A DNA stretch of 64,000 nucleotides from Alloascoidea hylecoeti (taxonomy: Eukaryota). A model generated the notes under the pieces. That model worked only from the letters and a program-made list of their open reading frames with translations, was not told where the DNA came from and searched no databases. Shown here one piece after another: positions 1 through 11,557 of this stretch. Each line of letters opens with the position of its first letter. The first letter of the stretch is position 1. The position numbers and the translations under genes were made by a program. Location of the stretch: positions 299,077 to 363,076 of the forward strand of contig BCKZ01000016.1 of assembly GCA_001600815.1 (NCBI GenBank), in the 5' to 3' direction.

Positions 1-529
1 AAAGAATATTCACGCAGCTAAGCAAAACAAAAAGAAGACAGTGAGACGAACAAGAAAAACTCAAATTGGAGGCCCTCGGACCCCTGGAAATGAGCCGCCT
101 ACACCTACCACGCCGATGACCCCGCATCCACCTAATAATATGAGCTTTTCCGATGCAAATGGCAGTACAAATGGCCATCCAGAAGGCAATACAAATGGTA
201 ATGCTAATGCAACTGGAAACGGTAATGAAAATAGTCACAGTAATGGAAATGGGTCCGATGCAAAGAAAGAACAATCTTCAAACGAATCATTAACTGTTAG
301 CTCCACTGTTGTGGCTACTACAACGACAGACGCGGGTGGCTTAATACCTGGCATGCTAGAGCCAGATCATACGAACTCCCTACTACAGTTTGACATGAAT
401 CTACCTATAGTAGATCCGAGCGGCTCTACTGATTTTCTCGATGCAAATGGGTTTCTAATGGACTTTGGAGGAGATATGGGGGGAATTGGTATAGGAGGAG
501 TTGGTGAGATTGGAGATATTGACTTCTAA
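1..529 (+). CDS. 3' end of a gene entering from the left; low-complexity C-terminus, possibly of a Flo8/SomA-like transcription regulator
   Basis: Frame is open from position 2 to TAA at 527-529. Basic patch KKKTVRRTRK, then EPPTPTTPMTP, an N/G-rich stretch and an acidic-hydrophobic (D/F/M) tail. This resembles recalled Flo8/SomA C-termini. The product call is tentative. Confidence 0.55.
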   Translation, partial: KNIHAAKQNKKKTVRRTRKTQIGGPRTPGNEPPTPTTPMTPHPPNNMSFSDANGSTNGHPEGNTNGNANATGNGNENSHSNGNGSDAKKEQSSNESLTVSSTVVATTTTDAGGLIPGMLEPDHTNSLLQFDMNLPIVDPSGSTDFLDANGFLMDFGGDMGGIGIGGVGEIGDIDF

Positions 530-1174
530 TAGATTATGCTAATGTAGGGACTAAAGATTTGAGTTTTATATCTTTTTACCTACGTTGTGACCTCCTTACA
601 ATCTAGTACATCACAACTGTAGTGTAGTAGGGGCTCTCCAGTCGCCTTTTAAGTAACTAAGATCCACCTGCTGAACGAAGTCTCCAATGATCATGAGGCC
701 CTAGACATTATGGCAGCAGTTCGAGTGCTTGGAACGGCATCCAGAGCGTTACCTCCAGAGAAGAGTAATCATCTAATAAAACTCACTTGTAAGTTGTAAT
801 TACGAGATTTGCTTCAAACATGCAGGATTGTATGAAATGACTGATCTTTGCCTATTGGTGGTATCTTTGATTTATTTTCATTTCCTTTTGTAGTCATCTT
901 TATCATTTTCATGCCAATTTTTCTTATCATGATCTCTTCGTCCAATCATCATTATATTTTTCTGTATTTTATTTATGATCAAATCATCTATCGAATTTAC
1001 TGTCTCTATGTTGCAGATGTATTATATGTTTATGTTATAGTTATAATTATATGAAGAAACTGAAAAATTGAAAAACCGAAATTCTCCCAAAATATACACG
1101 GTTAATGTAAATTACCTTTTCCATTTTACACTTTAAACCGAATTTAATTAGTTGCACATCAATTATCCATTATG

Positions 1175-2693
1175 TTATTTCTCCTTCCTTTCCAAAGTAA
1201 TATCCTCTTGAGGTGTCTCCAAAAATTTTGAATCGGAGAACCAAATACTCCCAATTACTACAACGAGTGAAGATATTAAAATACCAGAGCTTAAATTAGT
1301 ACTTGGGAAAACATTCCACGCAAATTCCTGTAATAACCAAAGGACAGGAATTATAGGACCAAGGTTCGTCAGGTATAGCGAGAAAGGGAAACTCCATGCA
1401 AACCATGAATAGAATTGATAGTGAAGTGATCTTGCACATAGTATACCAATTAAATTGGATGTCGTCAAAACTTTCAAAATATATCGGGGCACATTCAAAT
1501 TGTTAAGACACTGATTATTTTTATTTTTACTAATTCCCAATGCATTAAGAACAAATATTATAAAAGGTCTTTTTGTAATTAAAGGACTTACCCATCGTGT
1601 AGTAGCAAATAATACAAGTAAAAACACTTGCAACAATAACAGACTGATTGCAAATTTATCACTTAAGAAAACATCCTCTGGAACAAATCGCCAATTTACA
1701 GTCCATTTGAAAAAAAATTTCCTACCCAATTCAAATGACTTTTCCAAATAGTGAGTTCTTGCTACATTGGTCGTGAAAAGGAAATCCCAGGCAACCAAAA
1801 CGTTGATTGCAACAATTGTTGCTGATAAAATAAGAGTTTTTATGAGTGATTCGTTTGTTGCAAAGAAAAATACAATAAGAATTCCCGGAAAATACAAAAT
1901 CGCATTCATTTTAACGGTTGTACTTATAGAATAAAAGAAAGTTCCAAATGATAATAAGGTCAATTTTTTTCTCTGGGATGGTTGCTTGAATGTTAACTGG
2001 AAAAACATGATTGAAATCACGACAAACAGAGTCGTGAAGCAGTCATTGAAAAGTCGTAGAACATATATACTATGTAACCTTTTTGAAAGCACCAATAAAG
2101 GAAGAGTCCATGGTGGGGCCTGTGCTAGAATATAAACTATCATAGTAAACAATAAAGTAAGCATATAAACCCCATAAAAAACGTATTGTGCAACCCGAAG
2201 ATTTGATCCATTATCTGTAAGTTTATAAAATATAGAAAATATTCGAACATGACCGGCTGGATATCTATTTTCCGCCTCTATTAGATTTCAGTATATTGAT
2301 TTTTATTGATCGGCTCAACTTACACTAAGGGACCTGTTCCTCCTCTGATATTCTACAGAATGTTAGTCTCACAACTTTTAACACATCACATATAAAATAG
2401 ATGACATACAAGGTAGTCTCGTTCGCCTGTGTTAATTATTTCAATCTGCTCCATATAAGCAGTCCAATCGATCTCCGTGTCTATTGGAATTATCACTCTT
2501 GTTAGTGTTTTTCATAAAAGAAAAAGCCCACAGAAACACTGGTCATACAAGGAATTTTTTTGATGATGATAAAGGTCAACAATAAATCGAAGACCCATAT
2601 GAGAGGAGCAAAGTACACTGTGTACTTTGGATTTATCGTCAAGTTTATCAAAAAGGTGATTATTTGATGTGCTTGCTTTTTGGTAGGATTCAT
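1175..2693 (-). CDS. ALG3: Dol-P-Man:Man5GlcNAc2-PP-Dol alpha-1,3-mannosyltransferase (4 exons)
   Basis: Exons 2693-2549, 2480-2410, 2352-2324, 2264-1175; donors GTATGA/GTATGT/GTAAGT, TAG acceptors. Splicing restores PYTEIDWTAYMEQ...[21 protein letters not shown]. Downstream motifs SKRLHSIYVLRLFND, KWTVNWRFV and ARSLHYQFYSW. Confidence 0.95.
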
Positions 2694-3227
2694 AATTATA
2701 ATGAATTTCTTATGTGGTAACAACAGAAAAAGTTAAACATTTTGACACTTTTTGGTGGTGTACTCAAATCACCACCTATCTAAAACAAAAATGTTTGATT
2801 TCAAAAGCTGGGGGTATATTTTCATTTCTATCTTAACTTATTGGACTAGGTCTCATGCTTTATATTTCACAAAATATATGACATTTAATCGAAGTCGAAA
2901 CCATCAAATTTAAACATAAAATGGTCCTCTCAAAATTCTTAGATAAATATATAGCAATAAGTTTATAAGAGTGTATGATATTATAAGCTTGGAATGATGT
3001 CCATTTGTAACTTATAGTAAAAACCATTACAACATCGACCTGCAAATTTACTGATTATAATGCTGTTATATAGGCCACATTGTATTATGATATTTGTATC
3101 TACATATACTACAAGCCTACTATTACTCAAAGTTTATTATTGATCAATCAATTTGGCAATTAGATCTAACAAGCTAATCTGCAATTATATATGTGGTATG
3201 TAACGCATAATTATCAAAACAAAATAT

Positions 3228-3363
3228 CTAACATAAACACAAGATAGTTAACATAAACACAAGGTAGCTAACATAAACACAAGGTAGCTAACATAAACAC
3301 AAGGTAGCTAACATAAACATAAGGTAGCATAAACACAAAGTAACTAACATAAACACAAGCTAG
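3228..3363. repeat. 20-bp minisatellite, about 6-7 copies of ACATAAACACAAGGTAGCTA
   Basis: Directly visible tandem array with perfect central copies and degenerate edges. It lies just past the KAP123 stop and upstream of ALG3. Confidence 0.9.
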
Positions 3364-3406
3364 TAAAAAATCAGATTCTATTCAATATTCTAGGACGCTG
3401 TTTGGT

Positions 3407-6400
3407 TCAGGCAATGACATTTCGTAAAACTTCACGAGAAGATACAAACCCATTTTGCTGACTTTCCAAATGCTTCAATAATTCAACCACTCTGTTTCTA
3501 ATTTCATCATCTTCAAAAGGTTTCGTTACATTTGGGCTCCATGTGGTACCTACAGTGGCACTTTTCTCATTGTCAATAATCTCCTTCTCTTGAATAAAAA
3601 TTGATTCTAAAACATCGACAATTTGACTGGTCAAATTAATAACAAATTGATCATTTTTTCTATATAGTTCAATAATCAAATTAAAGATGGGTGTGTTTTC
3701 TTCAAATCCATTTTTAATAGGAAGTTTACTTATTAGAACTGGAAGAACCTCTGAAATTGGGATAGCTTCAGGGAACCTAAGTGCCAATCTAGAAAGACAA
3801 CCTGCCGCATTGGCATATGCTCTTTCAACTGTTTCTCTCTTTTCATCTGCTTCTTCTTCTCCAATGGCTCCAAGTTGACCTTCTTCATTTCCAGCTTTTA
3901 CTAATAACTTTTGAAGTTTTTGTAAAATGTTAACCAGATCTCCCCTGATTTCACTTTCGTTTTGACTATTAGAACACACTAAGCCAACACCATAAGCTGC
4001 ATTACTTCGAACTTCTAAATTAGTATCACTAAGTCTGTGAATAAAAATTTTTAGGTATTGGGAAGACCATTCAGTGACGGCTGGGCCAAGACCCTTGGCA
4101 ATTTCAGCAATTGAACCAACTGCAACAATCTTTTCGCTGTCATTACTACTTGAACAGTATTTGAAAAGAGTTTGGGCAAAAGGACCAAAGATTTTGGCAA
4201 AATCTGGACCTAGTGCGGCAGATAAAAAGACCAAAACGTCCATTGCTGAGTCTAGTAAAGCAACTTCAATTTCTGAAGTATCTCCTTCTTCAAAGCCAAC
4301 ACCTTCCTCTTCTTCATTGTCAACAAGTTGGCAAGGATGATTCTTTGTCAGAAGATTCATAATATGATGGCACAATTGTTCCAAATCAGTATTGTCAGTT
4401 CCGTTAGTAACAACAATAGGACCACATAATTTTAGCATCTCAGCAAAGTTGTCACAAACAGCACACACAACAGAAAATTCATCTTCTTCTTCAAGAATAT
4501 CAAGAGAATGTTTTCTAATTGTTTCAATGACTTTAACAACATCAGCATTAACTGGGACTTTAATCGGAACACCAGTTTGCCATTTTGGGGGGTTTGATAG
4601 TTCATATAATACCCCAGCAATTCTCCACAAAGAACTAATAGCACATTTTCGAACGCCTTCGTAGAAGTTACTAGCCAATCCAGTCAGAATTTCAATACTT
4701 TCCTCAAAATATTCCATAAAAGCACTTTTTGTGGAAGTGGCTAAATCACCTAAAATATCTGCAAGATTGGCTTTTTCAACAGAGAGACCGCTGTTAACTT
4801 GCAATTTATCCATAATGTCATCTTCATCTGCACCTATGATATCATCTTCATCTTCCTCCAACGCACTCAGATCAAATTCAGATTCTTTTAAGCAAGCAAA
4901 AATTTCTGGGACAAGAGTTTTTAAAAAGGGAGATATTTCAGTTCCGTAAACCTTGGCGATCGCCCCAATCAAAGAAAATGCACTTTCTCTAAGACGACTA
5001 TTTTTGGTCTTGATTGCATTGAAAGAAGCATCCATAAGAGGCTCTGCATAGGGCCCAATAGCCTCTTTATTGACAGCCAAAATAATGGCAGAAATGTTTT
5101 CAAATGTCACAGCTCTTAACTCAATTTCTTGTTCAGAAAGACCTTCTATAGAATTACTATTATGAATGTAAGAATTGTATGCTTTCATGGTGCCATCAAA
5201 ATAGTTTGTGAAAGCTTTACCTGCTGCATATGCAATAGATCCAATAGCCCCAATAATAGCTAACTTAAGTTTAATGGTAGGAGCCTTCTCTAACATTGAG
5301 AAAAACTGGGACATTAACTGATCCATATACAAATCAGTAACCGACTTTTGGGGACTATACTCTAAAACGGCGTCTAATGCAGACACTCCATATCTGCAAA
5401 GCTTGACCGATTTGGTAGAGTTAATAATATGTAAAATTGGTGGGATCAAAACCTCATGGTGTGTTGCCAAAGCCTCTCTGATTTCGTATGCCAATTGGTT
5501 GATTGATCTAAGAGCACCGATTTTTACAAGGTCTGATTCGTGGCCCAAGCCGGCGATAAGAACAGGTAAAATATGTTTAAACTGAGAGGAGATGAAGTCA
5601 GGAGCACCCTCGGATGCGACTCCCAAACAGAGTAAAATCGCTCTAATTTGAAGAGGTGTAGCAGAACTAACATTGGATAGAACATCTAATAGAGGTACAA
5701 TAACTTGGGTCGGTGGTAGTTCGGAAGCCAAAACATCAATGAGCTGTAGAGCAAGTAAAGGAGGATTGATTTCATCGTCCTCGTCGTCATCGTCCTCGTC
5801 ATTATCATTGTCTTCTTCAGTTGGTTCAGCGGCAATCTGGATAGCAGCATTCGTAAGTTCTTGTCCTAATTTGAGGGCCTGAATCTTCATTTTACGATTC
5901 TTGACGGCAGTGATCAAAAATTGTAAGGCAGGAGTCCTATAATCCTCAGATATGTTGGTGTCACTAGCAATATTCTGTAGAATGAACGTAACCAAATCAC
6001 CAAAATGTTTTGAGAGCAGACTACTATCTAATACCAAAAGCATATTGAAAACATCAAATATCTGTCTAGCTGATTCGGAATCATTCTCAGAAATAACACC
6101 TTTAAGAACCTCAACCATATTTGGAATCAATGCACGAAATCTCTCAAGTAAAGGGCTTGAAGAGTCAATATCTGCAGCCAACTCACCGAGTGCCAGTGAT
6201 GTTGTAACCCTAGATTGTTTGGAGGTGGGATCAATGAGCGTTTGCGAGAAAATGTTCAGCAAAGAATCAATATGCTCACCAATTGTAGGAACTCCCGATT
6301 CTAGCAAGGTATAAAGTATGTATAAAGCGACTTCTCTGACAGATGAATCTGACTGTTGGGCCGGATTTGCAGTTTGAAGGAGAAGTTCAAGTAGACCAGG

Positions 6401-6799
6401 CCATTGATTCACACCTGAAGATAAATCAATCTCAGCTATAGCTGAAATAACACGAGAAGAAGAGTGTCTTACAAGAGCATCCTGTTCCTTGAGAGTGGAA
6501 TTTAGTAAAGATTCTCTAATTTGTTGTTTCACTTCAGGAGAGGGTTCAATGTTTGGAGATTCATCTTCATCAATATGAAACCAGTTTTGTAGAACCAATT
6601 TTCGTGATTCAACAGCAGCCAACTGGCGGATCTGAGCGTCTGAATGAGTTTGCATTATATGGATCATAGCAGGAAGAGTGTCTTTTTTCTCGTAGAACTC
6701 CAACTGTAGCTTCTGAGAAGCATTCTTAATAGTATCAGAGTTAGGAACTGTGATAAGACGTAAAGTCTCTTCTAAACTAGTTAAGAATTGGGAATCCAT
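3407..6799 (-). CDS. KAP123: Importin beta-4 (karyopherin), HEAT-repeat protein
   Basis: 1130-aa ORF. N-terminal IBN_N-like IRQLAAVESRKLV, acidic loops, HEAT repeats, and C-terminal EVRSNAAYGVGL / ANAAGCLSRL / GFEENTPIF. Confidence 0.9.
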   Translation of the reverse strand: MDSQFLTSLEETLRLITVPNSDTIKNASQKLQLEFYEKKDTLPAMIHIMQTHSDAQIRQLAAVESRKLVLQNWFHIDEDESPNIEPSPEVKQQIRESLLNSTLKEQDALVRHSSSRVISAIAEIDLSSGVNQWPGLLELLLQTANPAQQSDSSVREVALYILYTLLESGVPTIGEHIDSLLNIFSQTLIDPTSKQSRVTTSLALGELAADIDSSSPLLERFRALIPNMVEVLKGVISENDSESARQIFDVFNMLLVLDSSLLSKHFGDLVTFILQNIASDTNISEDYRTPALQFLITAVKNRKMKIQALKLGQELTNAAIQIAAEPTEEDNDNDEDDDDEDDEINPPLLALQLIDVLASELPPTQVIVPLLDVLSNVSSATPLQIRAILLCLGVASEGAPDFISSQFKHILPVLIAGLGHESDLVKIGALRSINQLAYEIREALATHHEVLIPPILHIINSTKSVKLCRYGVSALDAVLEYSPQKSVTDLYMDQLMSQFFSMLEKAPTIKLKLAIIGAIGSIAYAAGKAFTNYFDGTMKAYNSYIHNSNSIEGLSEQEIELRAVTFENISAIILAVNKEAIGPYAEPLMDASFNAIKTKNSRLRESAFSLIGAIAKVYGTEISPFLKTLVPEIFACLKESEFDLSALEEDEDDIIGADEDDIMDKLQVNSGLSVEKANLADILGDLATSTKSAFMEYFEESIEILTGLASNFYEGVRKCAISSLWRIAGVLYELSNPPKWQTGVPIKVPVNADVVKVIETIRKHSLDILEEEDEFSVVCAVCDNFAEMLKLCGPIVVTNGTDNTDLEQLCHHIMNLLTKNHPCQLVDNEEEEGVGFEEGDTSEIEVALLDSAMDVLVFLSAALGPDFAKIFGPFAQTLFKYCSSSNDSEKIVAVGSIAEIAKGLGPAVTEWSSQYLKIFIHRLSDTNLEVRSNAAYGVGLVCSNSQNESEIRGDLVNILQKLQKLLVKAGNEEGQLGAIGEEEADEKRETVERAYANAAGCLSRLALRFPEAIPISEVLPVLISKLPIKNGFEENTPIFNLIIELYRKNDQFVINLTSQIVDVLESIFIQEKEIIDNEKSATVGTTWSPNVTKPFEDDEIRNRVVELLKHLESQQNGFVSSREVLRNVIA

Positions 6800-7526
6800 G
6801 ATACCTAAGGGTTCAATTATAAATATCCACTTATGAAACCAAATAAAGTAAGTAGTAAGAGTTCCTCAAAAGAAAATCTTTTTCTTTTTAAATTGAAGTT
6901 TATATTTTTTTCAAATCTTTTTTATAGGCAGGGTAACTTTTCATGACTAAAAATTTCCGATTTGGGAAATCACACACAAACATATAATTATATTTTTATT
7001 TATATTATGATTTTTCCTTTTTCCATGGCATTCTTTTATACTACTTTTATTTTCTGTTACCCATACTACACCAATACAAGGCCCCAGATACTTAGTCGTA
7101 ATAGTAGGTATTAATATAAAATCCTTAATTATAAGGAATTTCGTATAATAGGCAATAGGCAAAAACCTTAAGTTTAATTACCTGATACATTTTTCTTATA
7201 ATTAGGTTTTAAAAATAAGGTCTGCGCGCAAATTTTATCGATTCAATTGCAAAGTAAAGTGATCATAACGTTAACTGTAGCATCAAATTCCCGAAGAAGA
7301 ATTTTCTTTCATATGAGATTGATTAATAATATTATAATAAATACTATCTAATTGCAAAATTATTATCAACGAATTCTGATTCTATTTTTTAAATTTACAA
7401 AAATATTATTTATTATATATTAAGTTTAAGGTACATGAATTTTTTTTATATAAGAATTTTAAAGTGTTTCATTATATAATATAACTTGGCAGTACATGTA
7501 ATAATGATAATGGGTAATTAATATCA

Positions 7527-8436
7527 TCAACACATTTCCCCACCAAGTACATGGGATATACCATCTAGGAGATCCCCGTCAATTTCTTTGACATCAATGC
7601 CAGAAGATAAAACAAAAAGTCTTCTATAGTCTGCCACTTTCTCTCCAGCACCAGCCTCAATCCATAACTCCACAATTTCATCTAGGATTTCCCGTCTCTC
7701 AACCTGTAATCGACATAGCTCAAGTGATAAAAGGACACGCTCGCTTTCTTCTTCGGGTTCGCTTTCTCGGATTTTTTGTTTAGACTCGTCAGAAAGCTTT
7801 GACTCATTTAAGCTTACCAACTCAGCTAAATCAAGAGATTGCGATCTTTCAACGAATGTCTTTAACTCACAACTTTTCTCTTCGATATAATTTTCAGCAA
7901 TTTTTGTTCTTTCTCGTATGGAATATTCATCACCTACTTCTTTTTCTAATTTTTCAATTTCAGATTCAGTTTCAAGAATATCCTTCAATATCGTAGCTTC
8001 TAATTTCTTCGATTGAGCTAATTCTGATGTCTTCCTGGATAACTCTGATTTAAAAGCTTCTGAAAGTGAATTGGACATATTGATCAACGAAGATAATGAA
8101 TCATCAATAATTTTGTAACTCGCTGAATCCTCATCCGTATTTAATATTATTGATCTACTTGCAACGTCAGATCCTGAAGGTCCGGAGGCAGAATTTTTTA
8201 CCTGAATAGATTTAGAAGGCTGAGGAAGTGGGGTCTGCAATGAACGCAATTGTTGATTATTGATAAGGTTCTCTAGATCTTGCTTCCGATGCTGATGAGG
8301 TTGTGGTTGCTGTTGTTGCTTTGGTAATACATGTAATTGTGGTAGTGGTGGAGCTTGTAATTGTGGCCGTGATTGGTGTGGTAATTGTTGTTGTTGTTGC
8401 TGTTGTTGTTGCTGTTGTTGTTGCTGTTGTTGTTGC

Positions 8437-8473
<37 letters not shown>

Positions 8474-10264
8474 GCTCCTGTTGCTGTTGTTGTTGTAGTT
8501 GTAACTGATGCAATTGTAATTGAGGTTGATTCCCGACTGATTCTAATGGTTGTATGTGCTGGATTGGTCGGTGATGCTGAAATTCGTGTTGTTTGTTAAT
8601 TTTATAAAGTAGCTCCTCAACGGATATTCCATCTTTGTTAACGATGTCCATTCTAGCGCCACAATTTAACAGGATTTCAATGCCTTTTATTAGACCTAGT
8701 TTACCAGCCAAATGAATGGGAGTATCACCCATTCCATTTTGATGATTTATCATGCTATTCAAAAATTCCTGATTTTCAACCTGTAAGACTTTCTCGATCA
8801 TTACTTGTAAATAATAGATAGTAGCTAGAGTAGATGTTGAATCATTCTCACCACCAGCTACGATATGGTGAAGTAATGAATTCCCATGCTTGTCAATATG
8901 GAATAATGAATTCGACAAAATATCACAAAAGCTCGGAAAGTTCTTCTTTTCAAAACTATTGGTAAATCGAATCAACCGCATTATGGGTAATTCATCCAAG
9001 TTATTAGGCTGAAAAATGTTTGCGCCCAATTCAATTAACCTTTTGGAGATTTCAATATGAGCTAGAGCGCAAGACCAATGCAAAACCGTTAGGCCTATTT
9101 CATCCAGTGGTTGACTAAGATCTAAGCCCATGGGAGGAAACTTCAAAATATCCGGGATAATATCTTGAGCTGGATTACTTAAAACTTGCAGCAACATATT
9201 ATGATTCTGTTCCATTAATGAGGATCTCTGAAGCTGTTGTTGTTGATTGTGATTCTGGTGATGTAAGTTCTGTTGCTGAGCAGGGAATTGATATTGCTGA
9301 TAGACTTGATATTGTTGAGCATTAGGATTCATTTTTGGTAGATTACCAGTAGGATGATTTCTTTGTATACCTTGAAATGGTGCTTGTTGCTGGTGTTGTA
9401 AAGGATGTGTGGTATTTCCGAATGTTTGTTTGGGAAGAGAAATTCCCACAGGTATTTTCTGATCGTTTACTTGAGATTCACTAGATAATGTTATTCTCTG
9501 TCGCTTCTGCGGCTGATCTTCTAAGTCGTTATCGGTGAGTAAATCGCTGGGAGATGTTGAACGAGAGGACATAACTTTATCCACATCAGACATTTCACCT
9601 TGAGAGCCTTGTGAGTTTCTCATTTTTGAAACAGCTAAAGCCGGTTGCATAATGTTATTTACTCCATTCCTCATGTCTATATTCATGCAGTTCATGTTAA
9701 CGTCCAAGGCATTTTTGGATGGAGTAACAATCATCAAATTGGGTATCTGAGACTTTTGTTTTGTACATTTTGATTTGGTAAGCATTAACGACTTTTTTCT
9801 TTTACCTCGATGTTCTCCACCGACCTTGCTTGGCCTTGATTTGAGTTCTTTTGGGAGCATCGGGGGAGGTTTTGAGGTGGGCACATAATTGAGTAGAGGC
9901 TCGATAGCTTTTTCTACATCGTGTTGTTTTGCAAGTGTACGGGCCACCTCTAACGGCACCCAAGTACCTTGATACCTCCCATAACCACCTTGCACTTTCT
10001 CGTGGACACCAGTTTGCACGTCACGCTCCAAGATACGTGTTCGCTGAGCTTTTGGGTAGTCTGCTACTTTAAGTATCTGGGTGGCATTCACCCAATCGTC
10101 GGCCTGTCGTCTCATGAGAGCGACACCCTTTGTGATAAATTCGTATACATCAATCTAATAAAAGGTACCAGTGTTAGAGCAGCGGAGAACAAGCAAAGAT
10201 GATGAATACATACGTTGGTGTAAGTGGCAGAATATATTTGAGTGTCCGGATGTTGTTCGTCCAT
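7527..10264 (-). CDS. APSES (KilA-N) plus ankyrin G1/S transcription factor, Mbp1/Swi4/Res family (2 exons)
   Basis: Exon 1 10264-10214 (MDEQHPDTQIYSATYTN); intron 10213-10155 (GTATGT..CTAAC..TAG); exon 2 10154-7527 (IDVYEF..MRRQADDWVNATQILKVA..HEKVQGGYGRYQGTWVP). Ankyrin repeats (GLTVLHWS, GDTPIHLA) and a C-terminal coiled coil. Confidence 0.92.
8385..8496 (-). repeat. (CAA/CAG)n microsatellite encoding a ~37-residue polyglutamine tract
   Basis: TGT/TGC triplet run on the + strand inside the APSES gene. Confidence 0.95.
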
Positions 10265-10583
10265 TGAGCTATGAGTAGAAGATAAGTTGGAAAGAAGAAA
10301 AAAGAAGAAAAGAGAGAACGAGAGAAAAGAGAGAAACGAGCGAAACGAGAGAAACGAAAGATGCTAAAGAACGGCGGTTGCGGAAAGAAGCTACAAACTG
10401 CAAGGAAGGAGTAGCTACCGCTCCAAAACAGGCAACCCATGCATTCATGCAGGACATGCAGTAGCGGATTGGATGCACGTGAGATGTGAAACTTTTAGAA
10501 GCGCGTCGGACTACACCTATACACCTAACCTTCGTCTCACACTTCACCAGTTATAATTAATTACCTTCACCATCGCACATTCA

Positions 10584-11277
10584 ATGGTATGCCATGGCCG
10601 TCGTTGTCTCTCACACTCATATCGCTAACCGTCTTACCGCCTTCTAGCTACCCTTATCACTTCTGACGCAGGCCCAGGATCAGGCAATAATGATCGAATT
10701 GAAATCTGGTGAAACTTTGAATGGCCATCTCGTTAATGTCGATAGTAGAATGAACTTGACACTAAAGGACGTTATCCAAACAAGTGCTGTATGTTGAAGT
10801 AATTTGAATATCACAGAATCTTATGCAACGCTAACACAGCTGTCTAGAACGGAGAAGTGTTCTTAAAATTACAAGAGGCCTATGTCAGAGGAAATCATGT
10901 ATGCATTATATATGAGTCCCAAGCGATTTACATTTACATTTACATTTTTGGCTGATCTCTAACATGCATATTTTGCTCTAGATCAAATACCTTAAAATCC
11001 CGGATGAGGTAGTTATCATTATATTATATTCATTTTCTGTTATCAACTTCTTACTAATATTACATAAAATCAATAGGTCATCGACAAAGCCAAAGAACAA
11101 CAAACTCAACACATGGAACGATGGCAGCAAAATAGAGGAGGTCATGGGAGAGGAGGATCTCGTGGCGGAAGAAGGTACGAAAGAGGTGATAGGCAAGGAG
11201 GCCAACGGAGAGGGGGAAATAGAAATTACAATCATAACCATAGACAGCAACAACAGCAACAACCAGTAAACTCATAA
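10584..11277 (+). CDS. LSM4: U6 snRNA-associated / decapping Sm-like protein Lsm4 (5 exons; absent from the ORF track)
   Basis: Exons 10584-10586 (ATG only), 10648-10788, 10848-10898, 10982-11008, 11077-11277. Spliced product [77 protein letters not shown]..., followed by an RGG and Q/N tail. Confidence 0.93.
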
Positions 11278-11557
11278 CTCTAGGCAAATTCATTTCAATG
11301 AATGATTTTTTTTTTCTTCTAATAAAATGCATGTGAGCCTCCCCATACTATAATAGGCAAAACAGTCTTGCGTAGTTAGAGCTTCATATAATGTACAATT
11401 ATAGTTAATATATGTATGTATTTACATGTTTTTGGTTATCCCCTTTTCTCTCTTTTTGGGGCTTGAACTTTCTGAAGTAATATATTCCAGCAATGGTACG
11501 TAATGCTGAAATTCCTTTAAGTTTTGACGGATTCTTTTTTTTTTTTTCGTTACTTGT

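Noticed and set aside
670..800. RNase MRP RNA (GAAGTCTCC resembles the P4 5' strand)
   Set aside because: No matching 3' P4 strand (GGAGCTTA/GGGGCTTA-like) found at a suitable distance.
3228..3363. CRISPR array or telomeric repeat
   Set aside because: Head-to-tail repeats with no spacers in a eukaryote; internal location and no strong G-rich strand. Treated as a minisatellite.
3687..6314. Multiple + strand ORFs of 60-120 aa
   Set aside because: Antisense shadows of KAP123 with S/I/L-biased composition; the same applies to the shadows over the BOI, GH45, sugar porter, TRM8 and MRPL11 genes.
8303..8599. Poly-Val 98-aa 'membrane protein'
   Set aside because: Antisense reading of the polyQ microsatellite; likewise the poly-Y/C and poly-I/V ORFs at 26429-26679 are antisense to the polyN tract.
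10300..10510. SCB/MCB autoregulatory sites upstream of the APSES gene
   Set aside because: Only partial matches (CGAAA within a purine-rich repeat; GCGCGT); too degenerate to support.
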